Position numbers and translations under genes: made by a program. DNA of 64,000 nucleotides from Eledone cirrhosa. Lineage: Eukaryota. Positions 14,126 through 26,878 of the stretch are shown piece after piece (position 1 is the stretch's first letter; each line of letters opens with the position of its first letter). A model generated the notes under the pieces. The model was not told the origin of the DNA, made no database searches, and saw nothing but the letters and a program-made list of their open reading frames with translations. The DNA lies in assembly GCA_964016885.1 (NCBI GenBank), contig OZ024742.1, forward strand, positions 27,590,001 through 27,654,000, given 5' to 3'.

Positions 14126-15225
14126 CATGTGTGTGTATATATATATATATAGGGTTAGAAGGTAAATGGGATGTAAACAAGAGTAGAAAAGTATCTCTTC
14201 ATCAGCTTTTTACTACAGATCATAGATGTTTCAGCGCTTAAAACAGAACATCGATCTGTAGCACGCCCATGGCCTTTTATCCATCAAAAGGCCATGAGGG
14301 AAAGGAGTGATAGTAAAGAGAGAGGAAGAAGAAAATAAAGGAAAAGAGGAAAAAACGAAGTAAACATACCGATATAAGTTGGGACACGGGACAATGGCAA
14401 ATCTATGTATATCATTATCATCATCAATATTTATAGTCCATTTTTCCATGGATTAGACAGGTTATCCATGATGCCAGGAGGCAAGTCTGGCCAGAGTTGG
14501 CCATGTTGCACCTGGCTCTGGTGAGGACTGTAAATTTGGCCAGCTGGATGCTCTTCCTAACACCAACTACATCATCATCATTGGTGTTATATATACATTC
14601 TCCATGCTTATATGGGCTGGATGGGTCTTTTCCCGCACAAGATCTCTCCACTAATCACGGTCCTTTGTCAATTTGACTGTGAGCTTCAATGATTTGAGGT
14701 CATCCAGTACACTCTGAAAGTCTGCCAAGTAAAGGGTTGGGAGGACCTTTTATTTGTGTCAAGAATATGACAGCTTCTCTAGTGTAGGCGATCTATGCTA
14801 TAAAAGTACCCAGTACACACTGTAAAGTGGTTGCTGTCAGGAAGGGCATCCTGCTTGCCAAACAAGGGGTTAGGAAGACCCTTCAGTTTGTGTCAAAAGA
14901 CATGACAACTTCTCTGCACTAAATATGACCGTATGTAAGCAGGATACAGACCTTCGGCCTGTCTTGGAGGTCAGAAGCCATGCTTCAGTACTGACTTTGT
15001 CTATGCCCAACACCTGATAGCAGGGAAAATGGACATTAAATGATGATGATATATAAAGTCTGAAGTGCTGAGACTGGGGAGACTACAAATCAGGGGAGTA
15101 CTCTATGCATGGGAAAAAGCAGAGTGAACCTTTGAAAAGGGTTGCTGAATCCACAAAGGTATCCTGGTCTGGTTGTTACCTTTCTCTCTCTATATATATA
15201 AATATACAGATAAGTATATATAGAG

Positions 15226-15512
15226 AGGCACATGGCTTAGTGGTTAGAGCATCGGCCTTGCAATCGAAAGGTTGGGAGTTCAATTCTCAGACCGGGTGAT
15301 GTGTTGTTTCCTTGAGCAAGACACTTTATTTCACATTGCTCCAGTTTACTCAGCAAAGTGGCCGTGGAGGTGCCACGGCAAAAAAGCACCCAGCACTCAC
15401 TGTAAATGAGGTTGCCGTTAGGAAGGGCATCCAGCTGTAGAAATTAAGCCAGAATCAGTTCCCATCCCACCCTTGCAAGCAGGGAAAAGCGGATGTAAAA
15501 TGATGATGATGA
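15226..15512 (+). mobile_element. Near-complete CORE-like SINE: tRNA-like head, core, RTE tail
   Basis: A-box tggcttagtgg, ttgcaat anticodon-like loop, B-box gagttcaattctc, core, tail ending (gat)n. Confidence 0.85.
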
Positions 15513-16066
15513 TATTATACTTGCAGAGGGGTCATATTTTTGTAATAATATCGCCGTCATAGATAAATAAATATATATATATATATATATAACAATAATA
15601 CACAAGACCAAAACGGTTAATTATATTACAACATTTACTCTATGAGTTTATATTGTTACTTAAATATCTTCAAACAAAAATTTCACACAACTCAAACTGA
15701 ATTGTATTTAGGCTTCGGAATAGTTTGTGATAAATCTCATATTTTGAGCTGTAATAATTCTTTATTCACCCATATTTGTCTGTCTTCTCATTCAAAAATG
15801 ATGTGTTATGAACTTATATATATATCATATATATCATATATATATATATATCATTCAGTTTGAAACATGGTTAGACCATTACTCAACAAACTACTTGATA
15901 CTTGGGGTAAAAGAGTATATTTATGTTATAAAATATGTTATAAAATATATAAATAAATATATGCATTTGTGCATATGTGACTGTATTTATCTGTATAAAC
16001 ATGTGTATGCGTGTTTGTGTGTGTGTGTGTGTATGTATGTATATATACACGAATATATACAAACAC

Positions 16067-16258
16067 AGGCGCATGACTGAATAGTTAGAGAATTGGATTC
16101 GCAATCATGCGGTTGTGGGTTCAATTCCCGGACTAGGCAATGTGTTTTGTCCTTGAGCAAGACACTTTATTTCATGCTGCTCCTTCTACCTGGCGTTGCA
16201 ACCGATAGATAGTATTAGCAATTGGAAAGACCAATAGAAACATTGTTTCCTCGGTCCG
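16067..16258 (+). mobile_element. CORE-like SINE, second subfamily
   Basis: tRNA-like head with gggttcaattccc, core ccttgagcaagacacttt; minus-strand copy at ~21370-21572. Confidence 0.75.
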
Positions 16259-17050
16259 ATGGGAACTTCTGTATGCTGATGACCTAACCCTTATAGCCAA
16301 ATCTATAGTGAACTAAAGATGAAGCAAGGCCTAGAATCTAAAGGTCTTAAAGTCAATCTAGCAAAGACTAAAGTCCTAGTAAGTAGAAGGGATAAATGCT
16401 CAGTGTGCAGAAAAGGAGTAGGTAGAAATTCCATTGTGTACCAAATGCAAGCAATGGGTACACAAGAGATGTAGTGGGATCTCAGGCAGGCTAACAAAGA
16501 ATGTAGGTTTTACTTGTGGCAGGTGCACAGGGGCAGTAAATAGCAAAAACCCTCAGGTTACAACCACCTTCAAATGCTCAGAGGGTTCAGTTGAAGTGGT
16601 AGATAGTTTCCGTTAACTGGGTGACCAAATCAGTAGTGGGGAAGGGTGTTCTAAAGCACGGAAACCAGAGAGAGATTGGTTTGGAGAATATGGTAAATGT
16701 ATAAGAACAATAATGTTGCACAACAGCAAGACCTGGGTACTGTGTGCTGAGGACCTGCGAAGATTGGAAAGAAATGAAGTCTCCATGCTTCGCTGGATGT
16801 GGAATAGCAATATACAGGAATGGCAAAGTATAAATATACTGTATGAGAAATTAGGCATAAGAGGGATCAGTTGTTACATACAGGAGAGGAGATTGTGTTG
16901 GTATGGACATGTAACGCGTATGATGGATGACAGCTGCTTAATAATACATGAGTGAGACATGGTCACCAGACCCAACTTCCCTCTAAATGGGGCAAATCCG
17001 CCTAACCCATGCCAGCATGGAAGATAGATACTAACCGATGATGATGATGA
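16259..17050 (+). pseudogene. Decayed, internally deleted RTE LINE (RT YADD region to tail)
   Basis: WELLYADDL, CTKCKQWVHKRCSG, LERNEVSMLRWM, WYGHVTRM motifs across frameshifts; (gat)n tail. Confidence 0.85.
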
Positions 17051-17162
17051 TATATACACATATATATATATATTCATGTATATGTGTGTGTATATATATA
17101 TATATATATGTATGTATATATATATATATATATGTATGTATATATGTATGTATATATATATA

Positions 17163-17440
17163 TCCAAAGTCACCCTCCTCACCAAGAAACCTTGGTGGGG
17201 TTGCCAGTTTAGTCGCCAACGACCCAACCATGAGACAGATCTCTCTGCACTTGTCATCACAGGGTACAATGGGCCCAGCACTATGTGTAAGTAATTGTCA
17301 CAAGTGTAGTGTTTGTACCAGAGTTTTCAAGTCGCTGGCTGGACTAAAAAGTCACACTCGTTCAGCGCATCGGTAGGGGTTCTCCTACATTTATATAAAG
17401 TAGTGGCCGTACTCGAAAATGAGTTGGCAGACACCATGTA
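17163..17440 (+). mobile_element. Short RTE-related derivative carrying a C-terminal C2H2 finger
   Basis: Encodes [23 protein letters not shown]; its 5' part resembles 53290-53350; lies between (TA)n tracts. Confidence 0.55.
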
Positions 17441-17632
17441 TGTATATATATGTATATATATGTATATATATATATGCATTTATATATATATGTATATATA
17501 TATATGCATATATATATATGTATATATATATAAATGCATATATATATGTATATATATATATATATATGCATATATATATATACATATATATATGCATATA
17601 TATATATATATATATATATGCATATATATATG

Positions 17633-17718
<86 letters not shown>

Positions 17719-17774
17719 TATATATATGTATATATATATATATGCATATATATATCTATATATATATATGCATA

Positions 17775-18818
17775 TGGGTGACAAAATCAGCAGTGGGGGA
17801 GGGTGCTCTGAAAGTACAATAGCTAGAGTCAGAACTGGATGGAAAAAGTTCAGAGAGCTTATACCACTATTAGCCGCTAGAGGGTTCTCCCTAAAAATGA
17901 AAGGCAGGTTATACGATGCCTGCATACGAACAGCAATGCTGCATGGCAGTGAGACCTGGGCATTGTGTGCAGAGGATATACGCAGACTAGAGAGGAACGA
18001 AGCTTGCATGCTCCGCTGGATGTGCAATAGTAATATACGTGAACGGCAAAGCATAAACGAACTAAGGAAAAAATTAGAAATAAGAGGGATCAGATGTTGT
18101 TTACTCGAGAGAAGGCTACGTTGGTACGGTCACGTGATGCGCATGAAAGACGACAGCTGTATAATAAAGTGCAGGGCAATAAAGATAGACGGTAGCCACG
18201 GAGTAGGCAGACCCAGAAAAACATGGGACGAGCTGATAAATTCCGACCTCACACGCTTGCACCTCTCCAAGACAATGTCACTGGACCGAGACCTATGGTG
18301 GTACTCAGTAATAGAGAAGACCCGCCTTACCTAAATACAAAGTAAAAACCTACTACAGTCAGTAGGCATCTCTATCAAAACACACCCCCGTCCCACCACC
18401 TCCACCCCACCCACACCGCCCCTTTCAATGTAAAGTTATGTTGGTCCCACAACATCCAGGCCGAAACAAATGAGATCGTGTAGGTGTCACGACAAAAAAC
18501 ACACAGTCCACGCTGTAAATGTGGCCGTGTAGGCAACACGGTAAAAACCTCCCAGCCCCACACTGTAAATGTGGTTGGTGTTAGGAAGGGCATCCAGCTG
18601 TAGAAAACCCGCCAGACAGTCCACGCTGTAATGTGGCCGTGTAGGCAACACGGTAAAAACCTCCCAGCCCCACACTGTAAATGTGGTTGGTGCTAGGAAG
18701 GGCATCCAACTGTAGAAAACCCGCCAGACAGTCCTATGCGAGCAAGACAACCACTCTTGCCTCAAGTGGGAAAACCCCCGTCCAAACCCATGCAAGCGTG
18801 GAACACGGACGCTAAACC

Positions 18819-18849
<31 letters not shown>
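17775..18849 (+). mobile_element. 5'-truncated RTE LINE (RT thumb/C-terminal ORF + 3' UTR)
   Basis: Open frame [47 protein letters not shown] to 18334; 3' UTR with a ~113-bp tandem duplication; (gat)n tail. Confidence 0.92.
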
Positions 18850-18923
18850 ATATATCTATATATATATATGCATATATATATATGTATATATATATATATA
18901 TGCATATATGTATATATATATGC

Positions 18924-18954
<31 letters not shown>

Positions 18955-19053
18955 TGCATATATATATGTATATATATATATATGCATATATATATATGTG
19001 CATATATATATATGTATATATATATATGCATATATATATATGTATATATATAT

Positions 19054-20052
19054 GCCCACAAAATACTAGCTCTTTCAATTGCGCAGAGGGTTCTATAGAA
19101 ATAGTGGACAGCTTCCGTTACCTGGGCGATAAAATCAGCAGTGGGGGAGGGTGCTCTGAAAGTACTGTAGCTAGAGTCAGAACTGGTTGGAAAAAGTTCA
19201 GAGAGCTTATACCACTATTAGCTGCTAAAGGGTTCTCCCTAAAAATGAAAGGCAGGTTGTACGATGCCTGCATACGAACAGCAATGTTGCATGGTAGTGA
19301 GACCTCGGCATTGTGTGCAGAGGATATACGCAGACTAGAGAGGAACGAAGCTTGCATGCTCCGCTGGATGTGTAACACTAATATACGTGAACGGCAAAGC
19401 ATAAACGAACTAAGGAAAAAATTAGAGATAAGAGGGATCAGATGTTGTTTACTCGAGAGAAGGCTGCGTTGGTATGGACACGTGATGCGCATGAAAGTCG
19501 ATAGCTGTATTACAAAGTGCAGGGCAATAAAGATAGACGGTAGCCACGGAATAGGCAGACCTAGAAAAACATGGGATGAGCTGATAAACTCCGACCTCAC
19601 ACACTTACACCTCTCCAAGACAATGTCACTGGACCGAGACCTTTGGCGGTACTCAGTAACAGAGAAGACCCGCCTTGCCAGTAGGCATCTCTAACAAAAT
19701 ACACCCCATCCCGCCACCACCCACACCCCATCCACACCACCCCGTTCTATGTAAAGTTATGTTGGTGCCGCGCCATCCAGGCCGAAACAAATGAGATCGT
19801 GTAGGTGTCACGACAAAAAAACACACAGTCCACGCTGTAATGTGGCCGTGTAGGCAACACGGTAAAAACCTCCCAGACCCACACTGTAAATGTGGGTGGT
19901 GTTAGGAAGGGCATCCAACTGTAGAAAACCTGCCAGACAGTCCTATGCGAGCAAGACAATCACTCTTGCCTCAAGTGGGACTACCCCCGTCCAAACCCAT
20001 GCAAGCGTGGAACACGGACGTTAAACGTTGATGATGATGATGATGATGATGA
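19054..20052 (+). mobile_element. 5'-truncated RTE LINE, second tandem copy
   Basis: [32 protein letters not shown], stop at 19694; same 3' UTR and tail. Confidence 0.92.
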
Positions 20053-20057
20053 TATGC

Positions 20058-20090
<33 letters not shown>

Positions 20091-20151
20091 TATGCATATA
20101 TATATGTATATATATATATGCATACATATATGTATATATATATATATATGC

Positions 20152-20182
<31 letters not shown>

Positions 20183-20381
20183 TGCATATATGTATATATA
20201 TATATATATGCATATATGTATATATATATGCATATATATATATATATATGCATGTATATATGTATATATATATATATGCATCTATATATATACGTGCATA
20301 TATATATATGTATATATATATATGTATATATATATATATGCATATATATATATATATATATGTATGCATATATATATGTAT

Positions 20382-20641
20382 ATCATCATCATCATTTCCT
20401 TTTACGTCCGCTTTTTCCTGCTTGCAAGGGTGGGACAGGAACTGATTCTGGCTTGATTTCTACAGCTGGATGCCCTTCCTAACACCAACCTCATTTACAG
20501 TGAGTGCTGGGTGCTTTTTTGCCGTGGCACCTCCACGACCACTTTGCAGTGGAATGATATGGACCCCAGTCCCTATCATCTCATTTCTACAGCTGAGTAA
20601 ACTGGAGCAATGTGAAATAATGTGTCTTGCTCAAGGAAACA

Positions 20642-20643
<2 letters not shown>
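20382..20643 (-). mobile_element. Headless CORE-like SINE with RTE tail
   Basis: Matches 46616-46930. Confidence 0.8.
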
Positions 20644-20724
<81 letters not shown>

Positions 20725-20730
20725 GTATAC

Positions 20731-20763
<33 letters not shown>

Positions 20764-20916
20764 TGCACATATATATATATATGCATATATATGCACATAT
20801 ATATATATATATATATATGCATATATATATGTATATATATATATATGCATATATATATATATATATATAAAGAATGAATAATAACAGGTAGATATCATAA
20901 AAAGATAATTTATTCC

Positions 20917-21045
20917 GAATGCTTACAAATGTTTCAACAGTAGTTATACAGCCTAGTCATGCTATGTGCAATTGATAATTAATAAATATTTGATTGCAGA
21001 AACTCAATTTTCAAATACTGCGACTATCATTTCCTCAGAGCATTC
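20917..21045 (-). ncRNA. Type I hammerhead ribozyme motif (Penelope-like)
   Basis: Minus strand gaatgct-CTGAGGA-[long stem II]-GAAAC-attt-GTA-agcattc: perfect 7-bp stem I, intact core boxes, GUA triplet. Confidence 0.7.
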
Positions 21046-21110
21046 TGCTCTGAGGAAATGATAGTCACAGCATTTAGTCTGTATAACTACTGTTGAAACA
21101 TTTGTAAGCA
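21046..21110 (+). ncRNA. Type I hammerhead ribozyme motif, inverted copy
   Basis: tgct-CTGAGGA-aatgatagtcacag..ctgtataactactgtt-GAAAC-attt-GTA-agca; 4-bp stem I. Confidence 0.6.
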
Positions 21111-22100
21111 CTCGGAATAAATTACCTTTTTATGATGTCTACCTGTTATTATTCATTCTTTATCTACACTCCAGAATACAGAAGGATCAGGAACTGAATT
21201 TTTACGACTTTTCTTCCATAACCTGTTGAGTAACCCCTCACCGTACGTCAACTCTATCTAGTCTAGTAATTAACCATTACTGCATTCAGGATAACCCTAA
21301 GCATTTCTTGCATAACCTAATATATATACACACACACACACACACACATATATATATTTAAACGATCGACTTTCGTCAAATCGGACCGAGGAAACAATGT
21401 TTCCGTTGGTCTTTCCAATTGCTAATACTATCTATCGGTCACAATTCCAGGTAGAAGGAGCAACGTGAAATAAAGTGTCTTGCTCAAGGAAATAATGCAT
21501 CGCCTGGTCCAGGAATCGAACTCACAACCTCACGATTGCGAATCCAATTCTCTAACCACTCAGCCACACCCCATATATATATATGCATGAATATATATAT
21601 ATATATATATGCATGAATATATATATATATATATATTCATGTGTGTGTATATATATTCATGTGTGTGTATGTATATATATATATATTCATGTGTGTGTGT
21701 ATATATATATTCATGTGTCTGTATATACACATGTAATAATTGATGTTTACCCCTTCTGTAATACTATCTCTGAGATCATCTTTCCACAGCCATTTGGAAT
21801 GAGGAATTGTTGTATCTAGTACCAAATGGTAATACTAGTGTAATTCTGATAACATTTTCTTGGTATAGTACTAACTACTCTGAGACACACACCACACCTC
21901 TTCTCTCTCCTCTTCTTCATCACACAAAAGATGTTTTGTTTTTTCCTTTCACACTCACTCTGATAATAAAGATAGTAATAATAATAATAATAATAGTAAT
22001 AATAATAATAGTAGTTTCAAAACTAAAGCTAAAAAAATGACTTAAATGTGATATCATTAGACACAATGGCACCTTTGCAATTAACCGGCTATTAGATTGC

Positions 22101-22960
22101 CACAATAATAACACCACCACCACTACTACTACTAATACCAACACTACCACCACCACTACTAATACCAACACTAACACCACCACAATAATAACACCACCAC
22201 CACTACTACTACTAATACCAACACTACCACCACCACTACTAATACTAACACTAACACCACCACAATAATAACACCACCACTACTACTACTAATACCAACA
22301 CTACCACCACCACCACTACTAATACCAACACTAACACCACCACAATAATAACACCACCACCACTACTACTACTAATACCAACACTACCACCACCACTACT
22401 AATACTAACACTAACACCACCACAATAATAACACCACCACTACTACTACTAATACCAACACTACCACCACCACTACTAATACCAACACTAACACCACCAC
22501 AATAATAACACCACCACTACTACTACTAATACCAACACTACCACCACCACTACTAATACCAACACTAACACCACCACAATAATAACACCACCACCACTAC
22601 TACTACTAATACCAACACTACCACCACCACTACTAATACCAACACTAACACCACCACAATAATAACACCACCACCACTACTACTACTAATACCAACACTA
22701 CCACCACCACTACTAATACCAACACTAACACCACCACAATAATAACACCACCACCACCACTACTAGTAATACCAACACTACCACCACCACTACTAATACC
22801 AACACTAACACCACCACCACTACTACTAATACCAACACTACCACCACCACTACTAATACTAACACTAACACCACCACCACTAATACTTACACTACCATCA
22901 CCACTATAATAACACCACCACTAATACCAACATTACTACCACCACAACTACTAATACCAG
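22101..22960. repeat. ~77-80-bp tandem repeat built of ACC/ACT/AAT triplets (about 9-10 copies)
   Basis: cacaataataacaccaccac recurs at 22101, 22181, 22261, 22341, 22421 and onward. Confidence 0.9.
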
Positions 22961-23378
22961 CACCACCATCACAACCACCACCACGACTATCATCACTAAC
23001 ACCTCCATCTGCAACACCACCTAACATAATAGAATCAAATCCCCATTGTCACTGCCTCCATCTCTCTGGCTCTCCTCATCTCTCACTATTATAAGCAAAT
23101 AGGGGCCCCACACACTGGCTTCTCCATGACCCTAGTGGACAGAATAAAAAAAAGCACACACACCCTCCCTGGAGGATGGTGAAAGAGACGTGTTGAACGA
23201 GCCATTCCATCTGGTGAGGCACACAGAAAGGTTGGGGTACAAACACACAGGTGAAAAATGTAAGAAAATGACTAACCATTTATGGAGAGGGATATACACA
23301 GACACAGAAATCAAGAGAAATTGACCAGATATTGTAGTTGAAGACTACCAGAAATATGTTGACATATTAGTCCCAATT

Positions 23379-23692
23379 GATGACAATATACAGATGACAA
23401 TATACAGATGACAATATACAGATGACAATATACAGATGACAATATACAGATGACAATATACAGATGACAATATACAGATGACAATATACAGATGACAATA
23501 TACAGATGACAATATACAGATGACAATATACAGATGACAATATACAGATGACAATATACAGATGACAATATACAGATGACAATATACAGATGACAATATA
23601 CAGATGACAATATACAGATGACAATATACAGATGACAATATACAGATGACAATATACAGATGACAATATACAGATGACAATATACAGATGAC
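23379..23692. repeat. Perfect 14-bp minisatellite (GATGACAATATACA)x22
   Basis: Direct reading; no variant units seen. Confidence 0.95.
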
Positions 23693-23914
23693 GTTGTAGC
23701 GCACCTGAGCACTGTACGCAATAATTTCATTATTATTATATTATTATTATCAAATCCCACCGAGGTTAACTTTGCCTTTCATCCTTACGGGGTCGATAAA
23801 ATAAAGTACCAGTAATGTACTGGGTAATTGCTGGCCTTGTGCCAATAGTAGAAACAATTATATTATTATTATAATTTACACCAACGATATTCTCACTGAA
23901 CTAAACAACGAATT

Positions 23915-23968
<54 letters not shown>

Positions 23969-24744
23969 AAACACGGAGAGATTGACTGGAAATAGAGATA
24001 ACCTGTGAGTCGGTGATGACAACAAAATAAGACATTATAGGAAAAGGTGTCTTGGAAATTATGGAAAAAAAGCAACAAAACACAGGCACATACATAACCC
24101 AAACCCCAGAACTTACAAATATTCCTAACTTATAAAATTTAGCAAAACTAGATACCACAAACATATTAGTATAAGTAGAGTACTTTCAATAGTATAGAAG
24201 CAACAATAACAAAACATAACACAGCACATATTGAAGGCATAGAGAACTGTAGTTGGTAATGCAGTGAGAGACAATAAGAAAAATAAGACAAGGAGTAGTA
24301 GTAGTGGTGGTAGTGGTGGTGGTGGTAGTAGTAGTAGGTGTGGTGATGGTAGTAGTAGTAGTAGTAGTAGTAAGGTAGTAGTAGTGGTGGTGGTGGTAGT
24401 AGTAAGGTAGTAGTGTCAGTAGCAGTAGTAGTAAGATCAATCATCATAATCATGACAAAATGACAAGAATGTATTAATAATTGGAATAGAAATATTGAAT
24501 GATTTTAATATGCAGAAACAAGCAGGTGAAAATCTAAAGAATTAATCTAACATAGCTGTTGAAAATAAATGTGTTCGTCATTCCATTTGTAAATTGTACA
24601 GCTACAATGATAAATAACCACTTCTGCAAAGATATTAAGAGATTAATTCAAAGGAGTGACATAGGCAGGTTCAGAAAAATTTGTAATACGAGGATCTGCA
24701 AATAATGTTGTAGCATCTTCATATGGCATTTGTTCATCACTGTC

Positions 24745-25160
24745 ATCAGCATAACCATTTTACATCCGTTCTTCCATGCTAGCATAGGTTAGATGGGTTG
24801 TCCTGTTGTGGGTAGTGTCTGATCGGCTGACCCTGTCTTGCTCATACGGGAACTGATTCTGGCTTGATTTCTACAGCTGGATGCCCTTCCTAACACCAAC
24901 CTCATTTACAGTGAGTGCTGGGTGCTTTTTTCCATGGCACCTACATGTCCACTTTACAGTGTGGGCTGGGTGCTTTTTTGCCGTGGCACCTCCACGACCA
25001 CTTTGCAGTGGTAGGGGGTGGGGGCATATTGTATATATGCTTCAGCTTCGCCTTGTACCCGTGGGAAGTCGGGTCTTCTGTATTATTGCATGATGCCAGA
25101 GGTCGCAGTCATGTGTCATCACCTTTGAGAGGTGCAATTGGGTAAGGTCGGCTTTTAACA
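24745..25160 (-). mobile_element. RTE LINE 3' end (last codons + 3' UTR)
   Basis: Closely matches 48450-48855. Confidence 0.8.
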
Positions 25161-25179
25161 TTGTTAGCAATGAATATTT

Positions 25180-25590
25180 TGTACTTGTCTGGCAACTGAT
25201 TTGATCTGGAATCTAAAATATCTAAAATAATTTCTGTATTGAACAGTCATTTAAGCCATAGTTGTACATGTGTAGGTAGTGACTTGATCTGAGTCTGTGT
25301 GTTGAAACTAAAGTAATTACTATGAGGAAGTGTCATTTTAGCCACAGTTGTAAATGTCTAGCAGCTCACTTGATCTAAGACTGTGTTGAAACTAAACCAA
25401 TTACCACATGGAAGAGCCATTTTAGCCACAGTTGTACATGTCTGGCTGATGACTTGATCTGAGATTGTTTGTTGAAACAAAAACAATTACCACATGGTAG
25501 AGTCATTTGAGCCACAGTTGTACATGTCTGGCTAGTGACTTGATCTGTGTTGAAACTAAAGTAATTACTGCATGGAAGAATCATGTTAGT
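25180..25590 (-). repeat. Degenerate ~84-bp tandem array (left arm)
   Basis: Unit gccacagttgtacatgtctggctagtgacttgatct..gttgaaactaaa..aattac..catgga, about 4-5 copies. Confidence 0.75.
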
Positions 25591-25894
25591 CACTATATAT
25601 TTATCATACATTTCTTGGTGTTGAAAATGTCAATGCACTGTGGGCAACCTGTCACTGACAGAGTTACTTCCAAAATTTTAACACCTGTTAATTAAACAAA
25701 TTAAAATAATTAGATTAAAATAAAGCGAAGTAAAATTACTTCAGCTTGGAATTGTAATTGCATCATAGAATCCATTATAATAATTATTATTATTACCAGA
25801 CTAAATGATGAGTATAAATAAAGTTAGCAGTTCTTGTGATTTTAATTTGCTAAAGTGATTCTTCCATGCAGTAACTGTTTTAGTTTCAACACGC

Positions 25895-26195
25895 AATCCA
25901 TTAGCCATTTGGAGGAGCTGAGCCACTGACAACAAACTTCTTTTCATCATTGGTGGATTGCCTTACCGAGGTATCAGGTAATGTCCGTGAGGGTGTTTGG
26001 TTGTTCCAGTGTCTTAGCCTTGCTTTCACATGCAGTAACACTACTAGTATGTTGGCTTGTCTCAAAAAATATTAGAGGGAGGCTCCAGCACTCCATGTGG
26101 TGTATGACTGTTTGACATTAACTTAGTATTAACTCAATATTCTCTATTGTTTTGATTCTATATTTTTATGCAAAATATTCATGTAATAAAATAAT
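25895..26195 (+). pseudogene. CRE-clade non-LTR retrotransposon 3' relic
   Basis: 25908-26075 reads FGGAEPLTTNFFSSLVDCLTEVSGNVREGVWLFQCLSLAFTCSNTTSMLACLKKY*, resembling the CRE terminal motif (L..TGD.RE..FL.QRLSLA.QRGNA). Confidence 0.55.
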
Positions 26196-26337
26196 TTAGA
26201 TATATGTGTGTATGTGTTGATTTTTGACAGCCATGGCATTTGTGTTTAAAATTTCAAGCTGTCTATACTATCGGCATATGAGTTTGGGAAAATCTGAACT
26301 TTGCTGTTATGGAATTTTAGGTAGTGATTATATGTGA

Positions 26338-26878
26338 CACACAGTCTAAGATCAAGTCACTTGCCAGACAAGTACAATTGTGGCTAAAATTATTCTTTCA
26401 TGCAGTTATTATTTTAGATTCAACACAGTCTGTGATAGAGTCACTTGCCAGACATGCAGAATTGGGGCTAAAATTATTTTTCCATACAGTTATTGTTTTA
26501 GATTCAATACAGTCTAAGATCAAGTCAAACAAGTACAATTGTGGCTCAAATGACTAATCAACACAGTTGTTCCTTTAGTTTCAACAGTCTAAGATCAAGT
26601 CTCTTGCCAAACAAGTACAATTGTGGCTCAAATGACTGATCAACACGGTTGTTCCTTTAGTTTCAACAGTCTAAGATCAAGTCTCTTGCCAAACAAGTAC
26701 AATTGTGGCTCAAATTATTCTTCCATGCTGTTATTGTTTTAGATTCAACACACAGTCTAAGATGAAGTCACTTGCCAGACATGTAGAATTGTGGCTCAAA
26801 TTATTCTTCCGTGCTGTTATTGTTTTAGATTCAACACAGAGTCTAAGATCAAGTCACTTGCCAGAGAAGTATAATTCT
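26338..26878 (+). repeat. Degenerate ~65-87-bp tandem array (right arm), inverted relative to 25180-25590
   Basis: Unit cagtctaagatcaagtcacttgccagacaagtacaattgtggct is the reverse complement of the left-arm unit. Confidence 0.8.

Noticed and set aside
15226-15300. tRNA gene
   Set aside because: SINE head: no complete acceptor stem and it continues into the core domain.
17313-20898. Many YI/CV/HT-repeat ORFs
   Set aside because: Translations of (TA)n/(CA)n microsatellites; only the RTE-derived portions are real coding relics.
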